This document shows, one piece after another, positions 45,250 through 54,694 of a DNA stretch of 64,000 bases. The DNA comes from an uncultured virus (IMG/VR IMGVR_UViG_3300048591_001609). Taxonomy: Duplodnaviria > Heunggongvirae > Uroviricota > Caudoviricetes. The stretch lies in IMG/VR virus record IMGVR_UViG_3300048591_001609. One strand, given 5' to 3'. Below the pieces are notes generated by a model. That model had not been told where the DNA came from. It worked only from the letters and a program-made list of their open reading frames with translations, and searched no databases. Position 1 is the stretch's first letter. Every line of letters begins with the position of its first letter. The position numbers and the translations under genes are program-made.

Positions 45250-45846
45250 ATGTTTGACGCATCGAAACCGATCACTGTGAATCTGCGCACGCCCGATGGA
45301 TTGAAAGCCATCCGGCTGCGCTTCCCCACGGACGAAGAATGGATCGAACGGCAGAAGCGCCGCAAGGTGCTCATCAAGCAACTGGGGCGTGGCGTTTCGG
45401 AGACCATCGTCTCGGGCGGTGAAGATGCCGATGCCGCATTGCTTGCGAAGGTCCGGGAGGAAGATGGTCCGGAGGTTGATGCCTTCGAAGCCAGCCGCGT
45501 GATCGAGCAATTGAGCCAGGCGGATGTCGATGACGTCGTTCAGGAAGGCGATCGCTTCCGTGTAACTCTGCGCGTGCTCGGCGGTACAGTGACGCACGAG
45601 ATCCGCATGCCATCGGCCAAGGATGTCTTCGATTACCGCCGCAGCTTCGCCCGGGTCCTGGACCTCCCTTACAACCGCCAAGAACTGACCATCAATCTCG
45701 GCGCGGCAGGAGCGCTCTATAAGAAGCTCGCCGAATCCAGCGAAGGCTACGCCGGAGATGTTCCGGTGATCCACCAGGCGGTAGCGGTGAAAGCCGCGAT
45801 TGACGCTCTCGATGCAGCCTTCCAGGAGACCACGGACCCAAACTAA
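45250..45846 (+). CDS. Tail assembly chaperone (gpG-like)
   Basis: AAGGAG RBS; ends with slippery C CCA AAC before TAA. Confidence 0.7.
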   Translation: MFDASKPITVNLRTPDGLKAIRLRFPTDEEWIERQKRRKVLIKQLGRGVSETIVSGGEDADAALLAKVREEDGPEVDAFEASRVIEQLSQADVDDVVQEGDRFRVTLRVLGGTVTHEIRMPSAKDVFDYRRSFARVLDLPYNRQELTINLGAAGALYKKLAESSEGYAGDVPVIHQAVAVKAAIDALDAAFQETTDPN

Positions 45847-46172
45847 CGAGCGGCGAGTGGCCCGAGCGCCCCTCGCTGCGATTCCTCACTCACTGGTCCT
45901 TGCGGAGGGATGAACTCTGTGATCCGCGGCTGTGCCCGGATGCGCCGGATGACGGTGGGCGGTGTGAGCATTGTCCCCTGGACAAGCTGGACGTGGCAGC
46001 TACTTCTCAACCAGGTTTGCTGATCCGCAGAGCGCTGGACCTGTGTTCCGCCCTCAGCGCCGGAGTGCATGTATCTCTGGACGAGGTCCGAGCTGACGAA
46101 CTTTCCGCGATTGCGATGATCAAAGAGTCACAGGCGCACCAAAGTCGGGAAGGATTGCACGAATCGGCCTAG
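45843..46172 (+). CDS. Tail assembly chaperone -1 frameshift extension (gpT-like)
   Basis: -1 frame open from 45843 (LTSGEWPERPSLRFL..CDPRLCPD..CEHCPL) with no good own start. Confidence 0.65.
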   Translation, partial: LTSGEWPERPSLRFLTHWSLRRDELCDPRLCPDAPDDGGRCEHCPLDKLDVAATSQPGLLIRRALDLCSALSAGVHVSLDEVRADELSAIAMIKESQAHQSREGLHESA

Positions 46173-46240
46173 GAAGGAGCTTTCCCGAACATGCGACTCA
46201 CCGCCGCACTGGAAAGCGCATCCATTGCCTGATCTAATGG

Positions 46241-48250
46241 ATGTTTTCCATGGGCTCACAACGATTCACCATCGAAGTGCAAGCGGACTTCATTGAGCGG
46301 CAAGCAAAGGCTCGGCCCATTGATGCCCTTGCCGAAATCATTTGGAACGGCCTCGACGCAGACGCCAGTCGGGTGCACGTACGCCTTTCCCACAACGAGT
46401 TTGGGCTTAACCGCATTGAGGTGTCCGACGACGGACACGGGATTAACCATGCTGAAGCGGCGACGCTCTTCACTCGTTTGGGAGGGTCGTGGAAAGAACG
46501 TGGTGGTTTCACGAAGAGCAAGCATCGAATGCTTCATGGCTTTGAGGGACGTGGTCGCTTCAAAGTCTTCGCGCTGGGGAGAGTAGCTGATTGGCTAGTC
46601 ACCTATGCAACCGAGGGTGGCGCCCTCATGCAGTTTGAGATCAGCATGATCGAATCGAACCTGCGCGAAGTGCGGATCGGCGACCAGAAACCGGCGCCAC
46701 AAGGTGCGCATGCGGGAGTTGCGGTGACAGTTTCCGAGCTCCATCGAGACTTCCGATCCCTCGATCCGGAGAACTCCGTACAAGAATTGTCCGAGGTTTT
46801 TGCGTTATACCTCAAAGACTACCGAGATGTTAAGATCACGGTTGATGGATCTGTAGTCGACCCTGGTGCAAACATAGTATCCACCCAGACACTCTCGCTA
46901 AAACCTATTCGCGATGACGATACACTTCACGATGCAGAGCTAGAGATCATTGAGTGGAGGTCGGGCGGCAAACGCGCTCTTTACCTCTGTAACCCCCAGG
47001 GGTTCCCGCTTTCACAGGTCACAACCCGATTCCACGTAGGTGGTTTCTGCTTCTCCGCCTATCTAAAGTCGACGTTCGTCACTCAACTACATCAGAACGC
47101 CGCGCTCGAATTGGCAGAAATGCACCCGCAGCTCGCTGAGGCCGCTGAAGAAGCGCATGAAAAGATCAAGGCATATTTCAGGGATCGTTCCGCTGAGCAG
47201 GCCCGAACAGTAGTAGAGGCATGGAAGACAGAAAACATTTATCCGTATGACGGTGAGGCTTCAACTCCGATTGAACACGCTGAGCGGAAGGTTTTCGACA
47301 TTGTCGCTGTGAGTGTCCATGAGTACCTTCCCGATTTTCCGTCCACGCCTGCGAAGACGAGAGCTCTTCACCTTCGGATGCTCAGATCAGCTATTGAACG
47401 AAGTCCTGAGGACCTCCAGCTCATCCTGAGGGAAGTCATTCAATTGCCGCAACGAAAACAGGAGGAGCTAGCCAAGCTTCTACGGGAGGCATCGCTCTCG
47501 GCCATCATTAGTGCGGCGAGGGTTGTAGCGGACCGCTTGAAATTTCTCACTGGATTGGAATCCATTGTATTTGATCCTGAAATGAAGCGCCGTCTTAAAG
47601 AACGATCGCAACTGCATAAGATCGTCGCAGACAATACGTGGATCTTTGGAGAGGAGTTTAATCTTTCGGTAAACGATAAGGGCCTTACCGAGGTTCTAAA
47701 ACAGCACAGGAAGCTCTTGGGCGAAGACATCGTAATCGATGAGCCAGTCAAGCACATAAGCAAGTCTAGGGGAATTATTGACTTGATGCTATCTCGTACT
47801 TTGCGGAGATATCGCGCTGATGAGCTGGAGCATCTAGTTGTTGAACTCAAAGCTCCGAAGGTACCGATAGATACAAAGGAAATTAATCAGATTGAACTTT
47901 ATGCTATGTCGGTCGCTGAAGATTCTCGATTCCGTATGGCGAATGGCGTGAAATGGACATTCTGGGTTCTCTCCGATGACATCGGCAAACATGGCGAGTT
48001 CCGACTGCGATCTAGTACTAATGGAATTATTCAGCAGAGCGGCAACGTTTCGATCGGGATCAAAACTTGGGCTCAAATCATCCAGGACAATAAAGCTCGC
48101 CTGCAGTTCTTTCAGGAGAAACTTGAACACCAAGCGGACCAGGATACAGCATTGCAGTTTCTAAGACAGAAGTATGAGCAGTTTCTCGCTGGAGTGATCA
48201 CCGAGGAGGATCAAGAAGAAGCTGCTGAGGGAGTTCTGGACCAAGAGTAG
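46241..48250 (+). CDS. GHKL (MORC/MutL-like, HATPase_c_3) ATPase fused to PD-(D/E)XK nuclease; moron
   Basis: EIIWNGLDA, DDGHGI, GFEGRGRF, GVAVTV; C-terminal GIIDLML..VVELKAP..QIELY; visibly more AT-rich than flanks. Confidence 0.85.
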   Translation: MFSMGSQRFTIEVQADFIERQAKARPIDALAEIIWNGLDADASRVHVRLSHNEFGLNRIEVSDDGHGINHAEAATLFTRLGGSWKERGGFTKSKHRMLHGFEGRGRFKVFALGRVADWLVTYATEGGALMQFEISMIESNLREVRIGDQKPAPQGAHAGVAVTVSELHRDFRSLDPENSVQELSEVFALYLKDYRDVKITVDGSVVDPGANIVSTQTLSLKPIRDDDTLHDAELEIIEWRSGGKRALYLCNPQGFPLSQVTTRFHVGGFCFSAYLKSTFVTQLHQNAALELAEMHPQLAEAAEEAHEKIKAYFRDRSAEQARTVVEAWKTENIYPYDGEASTPIEHAERKVFDIVAVSVHEYLPDFPSTPAKTRALHLRMLRSAIERSPEDLQLILREVIQLPQRKQEELAKLLREASLSAIISAARVVADRLKFLTGLESIVFDPEMKRRLKERSQLHKIVADNTWIFGEEFNLSVNDKGLTEVLKQHRKLLGEDIVIDEPVKHISKSRGIIDLMLSRTLRRYRADELEHLVVELKAPKVPIDTKEINQIELYAMSVAEDSRFRMANGVKWTFWVLSDDIGKHGEFRLRSSTNGIIQQSGNVSIGIKTWAQIIQDNKARLQFFQEKLEHQADQDTALQFLRQKYEQFLAGVITEEDQEEAAEGVLDQE

Positions 48251-48390
48251 TTTATTCGTCTCTTGACAACGGGCTAACTGGAACGAACCGCGATACCCTT
48301 AGACTCACTTCTCAAGCAAGGCTGATCCGCCTCCCTCCGCGCGAGTTTGGCCCCATTTCCACCCTAGGGCCGGTGCTTTCGTGGCCTGCG

Positions 48391-51300
48391 ATGTCCACCA
48401 ACAAGCTCGAACTCGTTGTCGAAGTCGACACGAACAGGGCCAATGCGTCAATCAAGAGCGTCAACGCCCACCTCTCCTCGCTTGAATTGACGGCCGTAAG
48501 GACCGCACGCGGGGCATCCACCGGGATCGACCAGATGACGGCTTCGATGGCCAAAGGTGCCACCGCAGGAAACCTGTTCGCGGACGCAATCAAATCTGCC
48601 CTCAACTGGGCGAAGGACTTTGCCATTGGATCCGTGATGATGGCCGCGGAGAACGCCAAGGCGGCAGCTTCGCTAAAGGCACTGGCGCAGGCGCATGGCG
48701 TGGGCGCCGGGGCGGCAGTGCGGCACGTCGCGGCGCTCGAAGACATCGGGTTTGAGTTTACCGAGGCAGCCCATGCCGTCCAGCGGCTGATCATCGCTGA
48801 CCTCGAACTCGCCAAAGCACCTGGACTCGCAAAGCTGGCCAAAGACGCGGCTGCCGTGCAGGGAGTGACCGCTGGGGAAGCCCTCGAATCCATTATTCGT
48901 GCGATCGAGTCCGGAGCCGCTGGCAGTCTGCGGTCTCTCGGGCTTTTCGTCGATTTCCAGAAGGAAGCCGCCATCCAGGAATTGAAGCTGGGGCGGGCAC
49001 TCACGGAGACCGAAGAGAAGCAGATTCGCTACAACGCGGTGATGCGTGAGGGCGCCAAGATCCAGGGGGCGCATGCGGCGGCTTCGCAAACTGTCGCTGG
49101 TCAACTCGGAGGCCTGCGGCGTGAGTTCGGCAATCTTCGCGAAGAGATTGGCGCGCAGTTCCAGGATGAATTCAAAGCGCTGATCGGCAACCTCCGCGAA
49201 CTCGTCGGCTGGCTGCGGCAGAACACGGATTTGCTCACGAACTTCGGCCAGGTGGCCTTGTGGACCGCCGGGATCCTCACCACCTACGCGCTCGCCGAAA
49301 AGATCATGGCGCTGGCCAAGTCGATTGCCGCGCTGAACCTGGCGAGTTTGAATCCGTATGCGCTGCTCGCGGTGGGTGTGGTCGGCGCCGGATATGCAGT
49401 CTACTCCCAGTGGAAAGACGGGCAGGACCGGATGGAGAAGCAGTTCGAGGAAATGCGGCGCAAGACGCTGCGCGATGCCCTGCTTTCCGGCAAAACCACC
49501 GCCGAGGAACTACGCAAGCAGGGGATGACCGATGACGACATCCGCGGGTTGCTGGGCGAGAACCGCTGGTTGCCCGGCGAGTGGGAGCCGCCCACTTACG
49601 AGGGTCCCAAGCTCCACATCAAGACTGGAGATGAACCGGATCTCGAAGCGCTGAAGCGCATGGCGGCGATCCGCAAGCAGCAGGTGGAAGTGGAGCGGGA
49701 GAGCGCCCGGGCATTGGCGGAATCGCGCCGGCGCAACCTGACCGGCTTTGCCCGCGACATCGCCGAGGTGGAAGATCAGCTTCGCAAGTGGACGACCTAT
49801 GTCGACGAGCGTGGCAATGAGCAGCAAATTGCGATCACGCGCACGGCCTGGGAAAACACCATCGCACAGTTGCGGGAGCGGCTGAAGGCCTGGCAGCAGG
49901 AAGTGCAGGAGACCACCCGCAAGGAACTGGCCGAGTATCTCGCGGCGCAGGAAGAGGGCGCGCGGCACCGCCTCGAGTGGGATTCCCGCGCATACGCGCA
50001 GCGGCTGGCCCACAACGAAGTAATTGCCCGGCAGAACTTCGATCACCTGGAGCAGATGCTGCTGATCGAAGAGCAGCGGGCGGGCACCTCGCGCGATGCG
50101 CAATTGCGTGCGTTGGAGGCCGCGGACGCCCAGTCAATCGAACAGAAGGTGGCTGTCGAGAAGCGCAAAGCGGAGATCGAGATCGCGCACATCCAGCGGG
50201 TCCATGAGATCCGCATGCGGCTCTTTGATCTCGAAAGCTCGCGCATGCTGATGGAGGAAGAAGCGAATCTCAAGCGCCTTGGCTACCGTACGGACGATAT
50301 CCAGGCCCGGCTCACGGAACTTGCTGCCCAGCGGGATGAGATTCGCCGGTTCCAGCAGGAAGCAGCCGATGCCTCCGCTACCGGCGCACAGGAGACGGCA
50401 GCGGTACGCCAGGCGCAACTCATCCGCGACCATAACCAACGCATCTTCGACAGCTTCAAACGGCAAGCCGAGGGTGTGTTCGACGCACTCCTGACGAAAT
50501 CGCAGTCCGTCTGGTCGGCGATCGGCAATTCGCTCAAGACGGCGTTGCTAACCGCCATCAAGGACGTGGTTACTTCCCGTGTGGCCGCAACACTGATGGA
50601 GATCTTTGGTGGCCAAAGAGTTTCCATGGGATCCCAGGGCGCCAGCAACGGCGTCTTCGGCGGCCTTGGCGGATTGTTGGGAATTGGTGCCGCGCCCGTG
50701 GTCGGCGGCAGCATGCCTGGCGCCACTCCTCCCTTCGTGCCGGGCGGTGCCACAGCGAACGGCGGGATGTTCTCGAAGGCCAGTCTGGCGGGAGGCCTCG
50801 CCAATTGGAAGTCCTTTCTCGGAATGGGCGGAAGCGTTCAACTCGCGCCTGGGGTGGCGACAACCTGGGAAGCGGCCACCGCTGGCCAGAAGCTTTCGGC
50901 TATCGGTAAATCGAACGCGGTGTTGATGGGTGGCGCCATGCTCGCCATGGCGGGCCTGCAGCGTGGCGGCACGTCCGGGCTCGCGATGACTACCGCTGGC
51001 GGCGCATTGATCGGATTCAAGTTTGGTGGACCACTCGGCGCGGCCATCGGCGCCAGTGCTGGCGCGGTTGCCGGGCTGGTGCGCCTCTTCGTCAAAGGCG
51101 GCCAGGAGAAAGCCCGCGAAAAGATCAAGGCCACCTATGGCGTCGATATCCGCGACAAGAACGTCTTGAAGCAAATCGTCGATATCGCCAAGCAGGGATT
51201 CGGCGGAAACCTCGACATGGCCATTCGCAGCCCGCAGATCCGCGACCTGGTGGAACTCTACGCGCTCTCGACCGGCCAATCGTCCTCGGGCCTGCCCGCC

Positions 51301-51588
51301 ACAATGCGCCCGGTCGGACTCCTCCAGCAAGGTGGCAGTCTCTTCCAGGCAAGTGCAGGCGGGTTCTCCCTGGACCACATCGGCGGAGGTGCTCCCTCGA
51401 GCGCTGGCCCCACGGTGATCAACATCACCGTGCCCGGCGCCAAGGAGTTCTTCGAGAAGGAAACGGTCCGCGTCGTCGTCGAGAACCCGCGCGCCGTGCA
51501 GTCCGCGGCAATGACCGCAACGCGCGCGAACGCGGGCCGGCGTGAGATGACCGGCCTTCAGCTGAGCCCAGGACTCATCGTGTCATGA
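48391..51588 (+). CDS. Tape measure protein
   Basis: 1065-aa Ala/Leu-rich helical protein, N-terminal NKLELVVEVD, Gly-rich hydrophobic C-terminal third; position. Confidence 0.85.
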   Translation: MSTNKLELVVEVDTNRANASIKSVNAHLSSLELTAVRTARGASTGIDQMTASMAKGATAGNLFADAIKSALNWAKDFAIGSVMMAAENAKAAASLKALAQAHGVGAGAAVRHVAALEDIGFEFTEAAHAVQRLIIADLELAKAPGLAKLAKDAAAVQGVTAGEALESIIRAIESGAAGSLRSLGLFVDFQKEAAIQELKLGRALTETEEKQIRYNAVMREGAKIQGAHAAASQTVAGQLGGLRREFGNLREEIGAQFQDEFKALIGNLRELVGWLRQNTDLLTNFGQVALWTAGILTTYALAEKIMALAKSIAALNLASLNPYALLAVGVVGAGYAVYSQWKDGQDRMEKQFEEMRRKTLRDALLSGKTTAEELRKQGMTDDDIRGLLGENRWLPGEWEPPTYEGPKLHIKTGDEPDLEALKRMAAIRKQQVEVERESARALAESRRRNLTGFARDIAEVEDQLRKWTTYVDERGNEQQIAITRTAWENTIAQLRERLKAWQQEVQETTRKELAEYLAAQEEGARHRLEWDSRAYAQRLAHNEVIARQNFDHLEQMLLIEEQRAGTSRDAQLRALEAADAQSIEQKVAVEKRKAEIEIAHIQRVHEIRMRLFDLESSRMLMEEEANLKRLGYRTDDIQARLTELAAQRDEIRRFQQEAADASATGAQETAAVRQAQLIRDHNQRIFDSFKRQAEGVFDALLTKSQSVWSAIGNSLKTALLTAIKDVVTSRVAATLMEIFGGQRVSMGSQGASNGVFGGLGGLLGIGAAPVVGGSMPGATPPFVPGGATANGGMFSKASLAGGLANWKSFLGMGGSVQLAPGVATTWEAATAGQKLSAIGKSNAVLMGGAMLAMAGLQRGGTSGLAMTTAGGALIGFKFGGPLGAAIGASAGAVAGLVRLFVKGGQEKAREKIKATYGVDIRDKNVLKQIVDIAKQGFGGNLDMAIRSPQIRDLVELYALSTGQSSSGLPATMRPVGLLQQGGSLFQASAGGFSLDHIGGGAPSSAGPTVINITVPGAKEFFEKETVRVVVENPRAVQSAAMTATRANAGRREMTGLQLSPGLIVS

Positions 51589-52055
51589 CCAGAAAAGAAC
51601 TCATCGAACGCATCGCCCAAGCGATCGCCGAGAAGGAAGGATTCGACCTTTCCGAGGCTCAAGCCAGGAAGCGGCGGGTCCGCTATCCCTCGCGTGCCCA
51701 GCGCAACGCCAATCCGGGCAATGTGCGCACTTGGCGTGATGCGCGCGGGAAGCGGTATCCCACCGACGGCGGCTATGTGGATTTCGTCGCCTGGGCTTCG
51801 GCGCGCTATCCCGGCCTTGCGAGTGATGCTGTCAGACAGAAGGCGGGAGTGGAAGGCTGGCGGATCCTCCGCGTCCTCGCTGGTCAATACATCGATGGCC
51901 GTTACACCGAGGGGAAGCCGCCATCTCTCATTGAGATGTTCCGCGTTTACGCGCCTGGCACAGATGGAAACGATCCAGAAGGTTATGCGAGATTCGTTGC
52001 CGCAAAGCTCGGCGTGGATGCGCACCAGCCGCTCATTGCGTTGATTGCTGCGTGA
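51585..52055 (+). CDS. Lysozyme-fold muramidase/endolysin-like protein
   Basis: AIAEKEG, RNANPGNV, YAPGTDGNDPEGYARFVA resemble the RNNNPGNI..YAP..N..Y phage lysozyme-like family. Confidence 0.7.
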   Translation: MTRKELIERIAQAIAEKEGFDLSEAQARKRRVRYPSRAQRNANPGNVRTWRDARGKRYPTDGGYVDFVAWASARYPGLASDAVRQKAGVEGWRILRVLAGQYIDGRYTEGKPPSLIEMFRVYAPGTDGNDPEGYARFVAAKLGVDAHQPLIALIAA

Positions 52056-52456
52056 TGCCAGGATTCGTTCAGAACGCGGCGCCACTGACGGTGATGCCCG
52101 AAAGCCTCTCGCGCGCTTTCGTCCGCGAACGGGAGTACCCGGTTCTCGACAATGAGTACCGCCAGGGCGAGTCCCAACGATCCGTCCAGGCCTCGAACAG
52201 CCGCAAGCGCTGGCGTCTGGCGAAACGGCTGGCACCCGTCGCACTGGCCGCTCTCCGCGATTTCTACGATGCGCGCCGCGGATCCACAGAGCCCTTCTAC
52301 TTCTACGATCCCTACGAGACCACTCCCAAGTTTACGCACGATCCCACTGGTCAAGCGACTGCCGGGCGGTACACGGTCCGCTTCGCCAATCCGTGGAGCG
52401 AATCGATAACGCTCGGCCGCGCGGACCTTGCGATTGAACTCATCGAGCTAGGCTGA
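52055..52456 (+). CDS. Distal tail/gpM-like (DUF2460-like) protein
   Basis: LRDFYDARRGSTEPFYFYDP..YTVRF; follows tape measure. Confidence 0.65.
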   Translation: MPGFVQNAAPLTVMPESLSRAFVREREYPVLDNEYRQGESQRSVQASNSRKRWRLAKRLAPVALAALRDFYDARRGSTEPFYFYDPYETTPKFTHDPTGQATAGRYTVRFANPWSESITLGRADLAIELIELG

Positions 52457-52470
52457 ACCACGAGCACGCC

Positions 52471-52854
52471 ATGCCGTTCTCTGACTATCTGAACCAGAAG
52501 CTGCTCGACAAGGCCTTCCATGGGCAGGACTTCGAGATCGCCGGTCACTGGTGCAGCCTGCACACCGCGGATCCCGGAAAGACGGGCACAGGCGAAGCTG
52601 ATGGCACCCCCTATGAGCGCAAGCAGGTTCCCCAGTTCACTGAGACGGACACGGACGGCACCGCGCAACGCGTCCGCAACATCGCCGCTCTCTTCTTCCA
52701 GGTTCCGGCTGGCACTTACACGCACATCGGCCTCTGGGACGCCCCCGCAGGCGGTAACTTCCTGGGTGGCGGCTTGCTTTCGGGACCCGCCACTGTCAAC
52801 GACGGCGACTTCGTCATTGCCCGCGAGAACGACCTCGCCATCCTGCAAGACTGA
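52471..52854 (+). CDS. Minor tail/fibre-associated protein
   Basis: SDYLNQKLLD..LHTADPG..THIGLWDA..GNFLGGG pattern. Confidence 0.65.
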   Translation: MPFSDYLNQKLLDKAFHGQDFEIAGHWCSLHTADPGKTGTGEADGTPYERKQVPQFTETDTDGTAQRVRNIAALFFQVPAGTYTHIGLWDAPAGGNFLGGGLLSGPATVNDGDFVIARENDLAILQD

Positions 52855-52863
52855 GGAACTCCG

Positions 52864-53340
52864 GTGTCGCGTATACGTCCTCAATTCGGCCCCGTCGGCA
52901 ATTTCGAGATCACGCTCAACAGTCTCAATCCGGGCACCGCAAGAAGTTCGGCGTTGGTCGCAAACCACGAGTCACGCTACATCGATGCCATCTGCCAGTT
53001 CACCATCAAGCCCGTCGGCGGAAGCTTCGGCGATCGGTACGCGGTCTACTTCTTCGCCTGGGGTGCGGCGGATGAGACAGCGCCCGTCTTCCCTGCCGGC
53101 ATCACGGGTGTCGACCAGCCAGTCAGCGTCGCCCTCGAAACGCTATCCCTGCGGCCGATCGGCTCGCTGTATCTCGTGGGATCCGGCGCGCAGGTTACGC
53201 CACCCCTCTCCGTGGCCCCAGCCTTCGGCAACGTACTTCCGCCCGTGTGGGGCATTCTCGTCGTGAACCGCTGCAACGTCGCGCTCGATGCCGCGGAGAA
53301 CACCGCCATCTGGCGGGGTGTCGAGTTTGAAGTGTCCTGA
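52864..53340 (+). CDS. Hypothetical tail-region protein
   Basis: GAGG RBS, beta-rich 158 aa. Confidence 0.6.
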   Translation: MSRIRPQFGPVGNFEITLNSLNPGTARSSALVANHESRYIDAICQFTIKPVGGSFGDRYAVYFFAWGAADETAPVFPAGITGVDQPVSVALETLSLRPIGSLYLVGSGAQVTPPLSVAPAFGNVLPPVWGILVVNRCNVALDAAENTAIWRGVEFEVS

Positions 53341-54431
53341 TGCGTCAGCTTCTCGTCAGTTCCGAACCGCAGTCGCTGTTTCCAGTCGGGCAGGCGGAGG
53401 AGACTCTCGACTGGGGGTCCCCGCTGGCGATCGGCATCCATTCCCTGTGGCTGCCGCATGGTGCGGATCCGCGCATCAGCTACAACGCGGCGCACCTCAA
53501 CCCACTGCGCGAGGACATCAACGGCGAGTACACCTCCGCCTATTCCCGACGCCGCCTGCAGTTCAGCCCGTCGCTCGCGTCCCTCCAAGTTCCCTCGGGT
53601 TCTGGTGGCAACATTGCCACACCCTATGGCCGGGCCTTCGCCTACAGCAGTGAGCAGAACGGCCTCTCTGTAGGATCGCTGGGTTACTGCCCCATCTATT
53701 CGGGTGACGGATCTGGCAAGGTGATCTCGGTGTGTGTCTGGTTTCGGATCAACCGGGTGAACTCGACGGGCATGCCGACGATGATTGCGAACAGCTTCTC
53801 GAACACGTGGTGGCTGGGCTTGCGAGGCGCGACCGGCAAGTACAAGGCCATCTTTCGCACCAGTTCGTCACCCTTCGGTGCGTTCGAATGGGGCTCCTAT
53901 GCGGCTGACTACCGCAAGGTGAACTGCGTGGGCTTCACCTTGCCCATGGATGCCGGCAAGACCGCGTCTGTCTATCACAGCGGTGCACTGGTGGTGCAGG
54001 GAACACTCTCGAACGCGAGTGCCGTTTCGGGCAATGTGGATGTCTGGGCGCTCTCCACTTCGACGCCCGGTATGTTCGTCGAGATCTTTGGCTTCGCCGC
54101 CTGGACCCGGGCGCTCTACCCGGAGGAGTTCCGCGAACTGGCTCTCGGCCCGTGGAGCCTGCTCGTGCGGAACAACCGGTTCTGGTATCTGCCGCTGGTG
54201 GCGTACCGCCAGGCTACGATCCATGGGGACTCGGAAGTCGCCGGAAATGCCTATCGCGGCGTAGCGCGCAGCGCGGTCATCGCCGCGGAGTCCCACCTCA
54301 TCGCCTATCGCCGACCGGCGGCCGCGCCCGAGCGCACCATGGGCATCCGCACAGAGACCCGGAACGTGGCTCTTGGTGCGGAGCCACGCATCCTTCGCGT
54401 ACCCGCTGAATCTCGCAGGATCGACGCATGA
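53340..54431 (+). CDS. Tail-region protein with LamG/concanavalin-like segment (putative receptor binding)
   Basis: ISVCVWFR, VYHSGALV, FAAWTRALYPEEF..L..PW pattern. Confidence 0.55.
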   Translation: MRQLLVSSEPQSLFPVGQAEETLDWGSPLAIGIHSLWLPHGADPRISYNAAHLNPLREDINGEYTSAYSRRRLQFSPSLASLQVPSGSGGNIATPYGRAFAYSSEQNGLSVGSLGYCPIYSGDGSGKVISVCVWFRINRVNSTGMPTMIANSFSNTWWLGLRGATGKYKAIFRTSSSPFGAFEWGSYAADYRKVNCVGFTLPMDAGKTASVYHSGALVVQGTLSNASAVSGNVDVWALSTSTPGMFVEIFGFAAWTRALYPEEFRELALGPWSLLVRNNRFWYLPLVAYRQATIHGDSEVAGNAYRGVARSAVIAAESHLIAYRRPAAAPERTMGIRTETRNVALGAEPRILRVPAESRRIDA

Positions 54432-54691
54432 CCTTCCTCAAGGATCCGCACGCGGTCCTCGATTACACCATTGACTGGACTCGCTGGCTCGCCGGCGACA
54501 CCATTGCCACGAGCGAATGGCTGTTGCCAACCGAGCTAACGCTCACCGCGCACACGAAGACAATCGCCTCCACGACGGTTTGGCTCTCGGGCGGCACGGC
54601 GGGCGAAAGCTACACCGTCACCAACCGCATCTCAACCGACGGCGGCCGCACCGAGGACCGATCCTTCACCGTACGCATCGAGGAACGCTGA
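54428..54691 (+). CDS. Fibre-tail adaptor-like protein
   Basis: KDPHAVLDYTIDW..TTVWLSGGTAG..YTVTNRI..GRTEDRSF. Confidence 0.7.
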   Translation: MTFLKDPHAVLDYTIDWTRWLAGDTIATSEWLLPTELTLTAHTKTIASTTVWLSGGTAGESYTVTNRISTDGGRTEDRSFTVRIEER

Positions 54692-54694
54692 TCC

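Noticed and set aside
48263..48268. TTGACA as a promoter for the tape measure gene
   Set aside because: No acceptable -10 hexamer at 16-18 bp spacing
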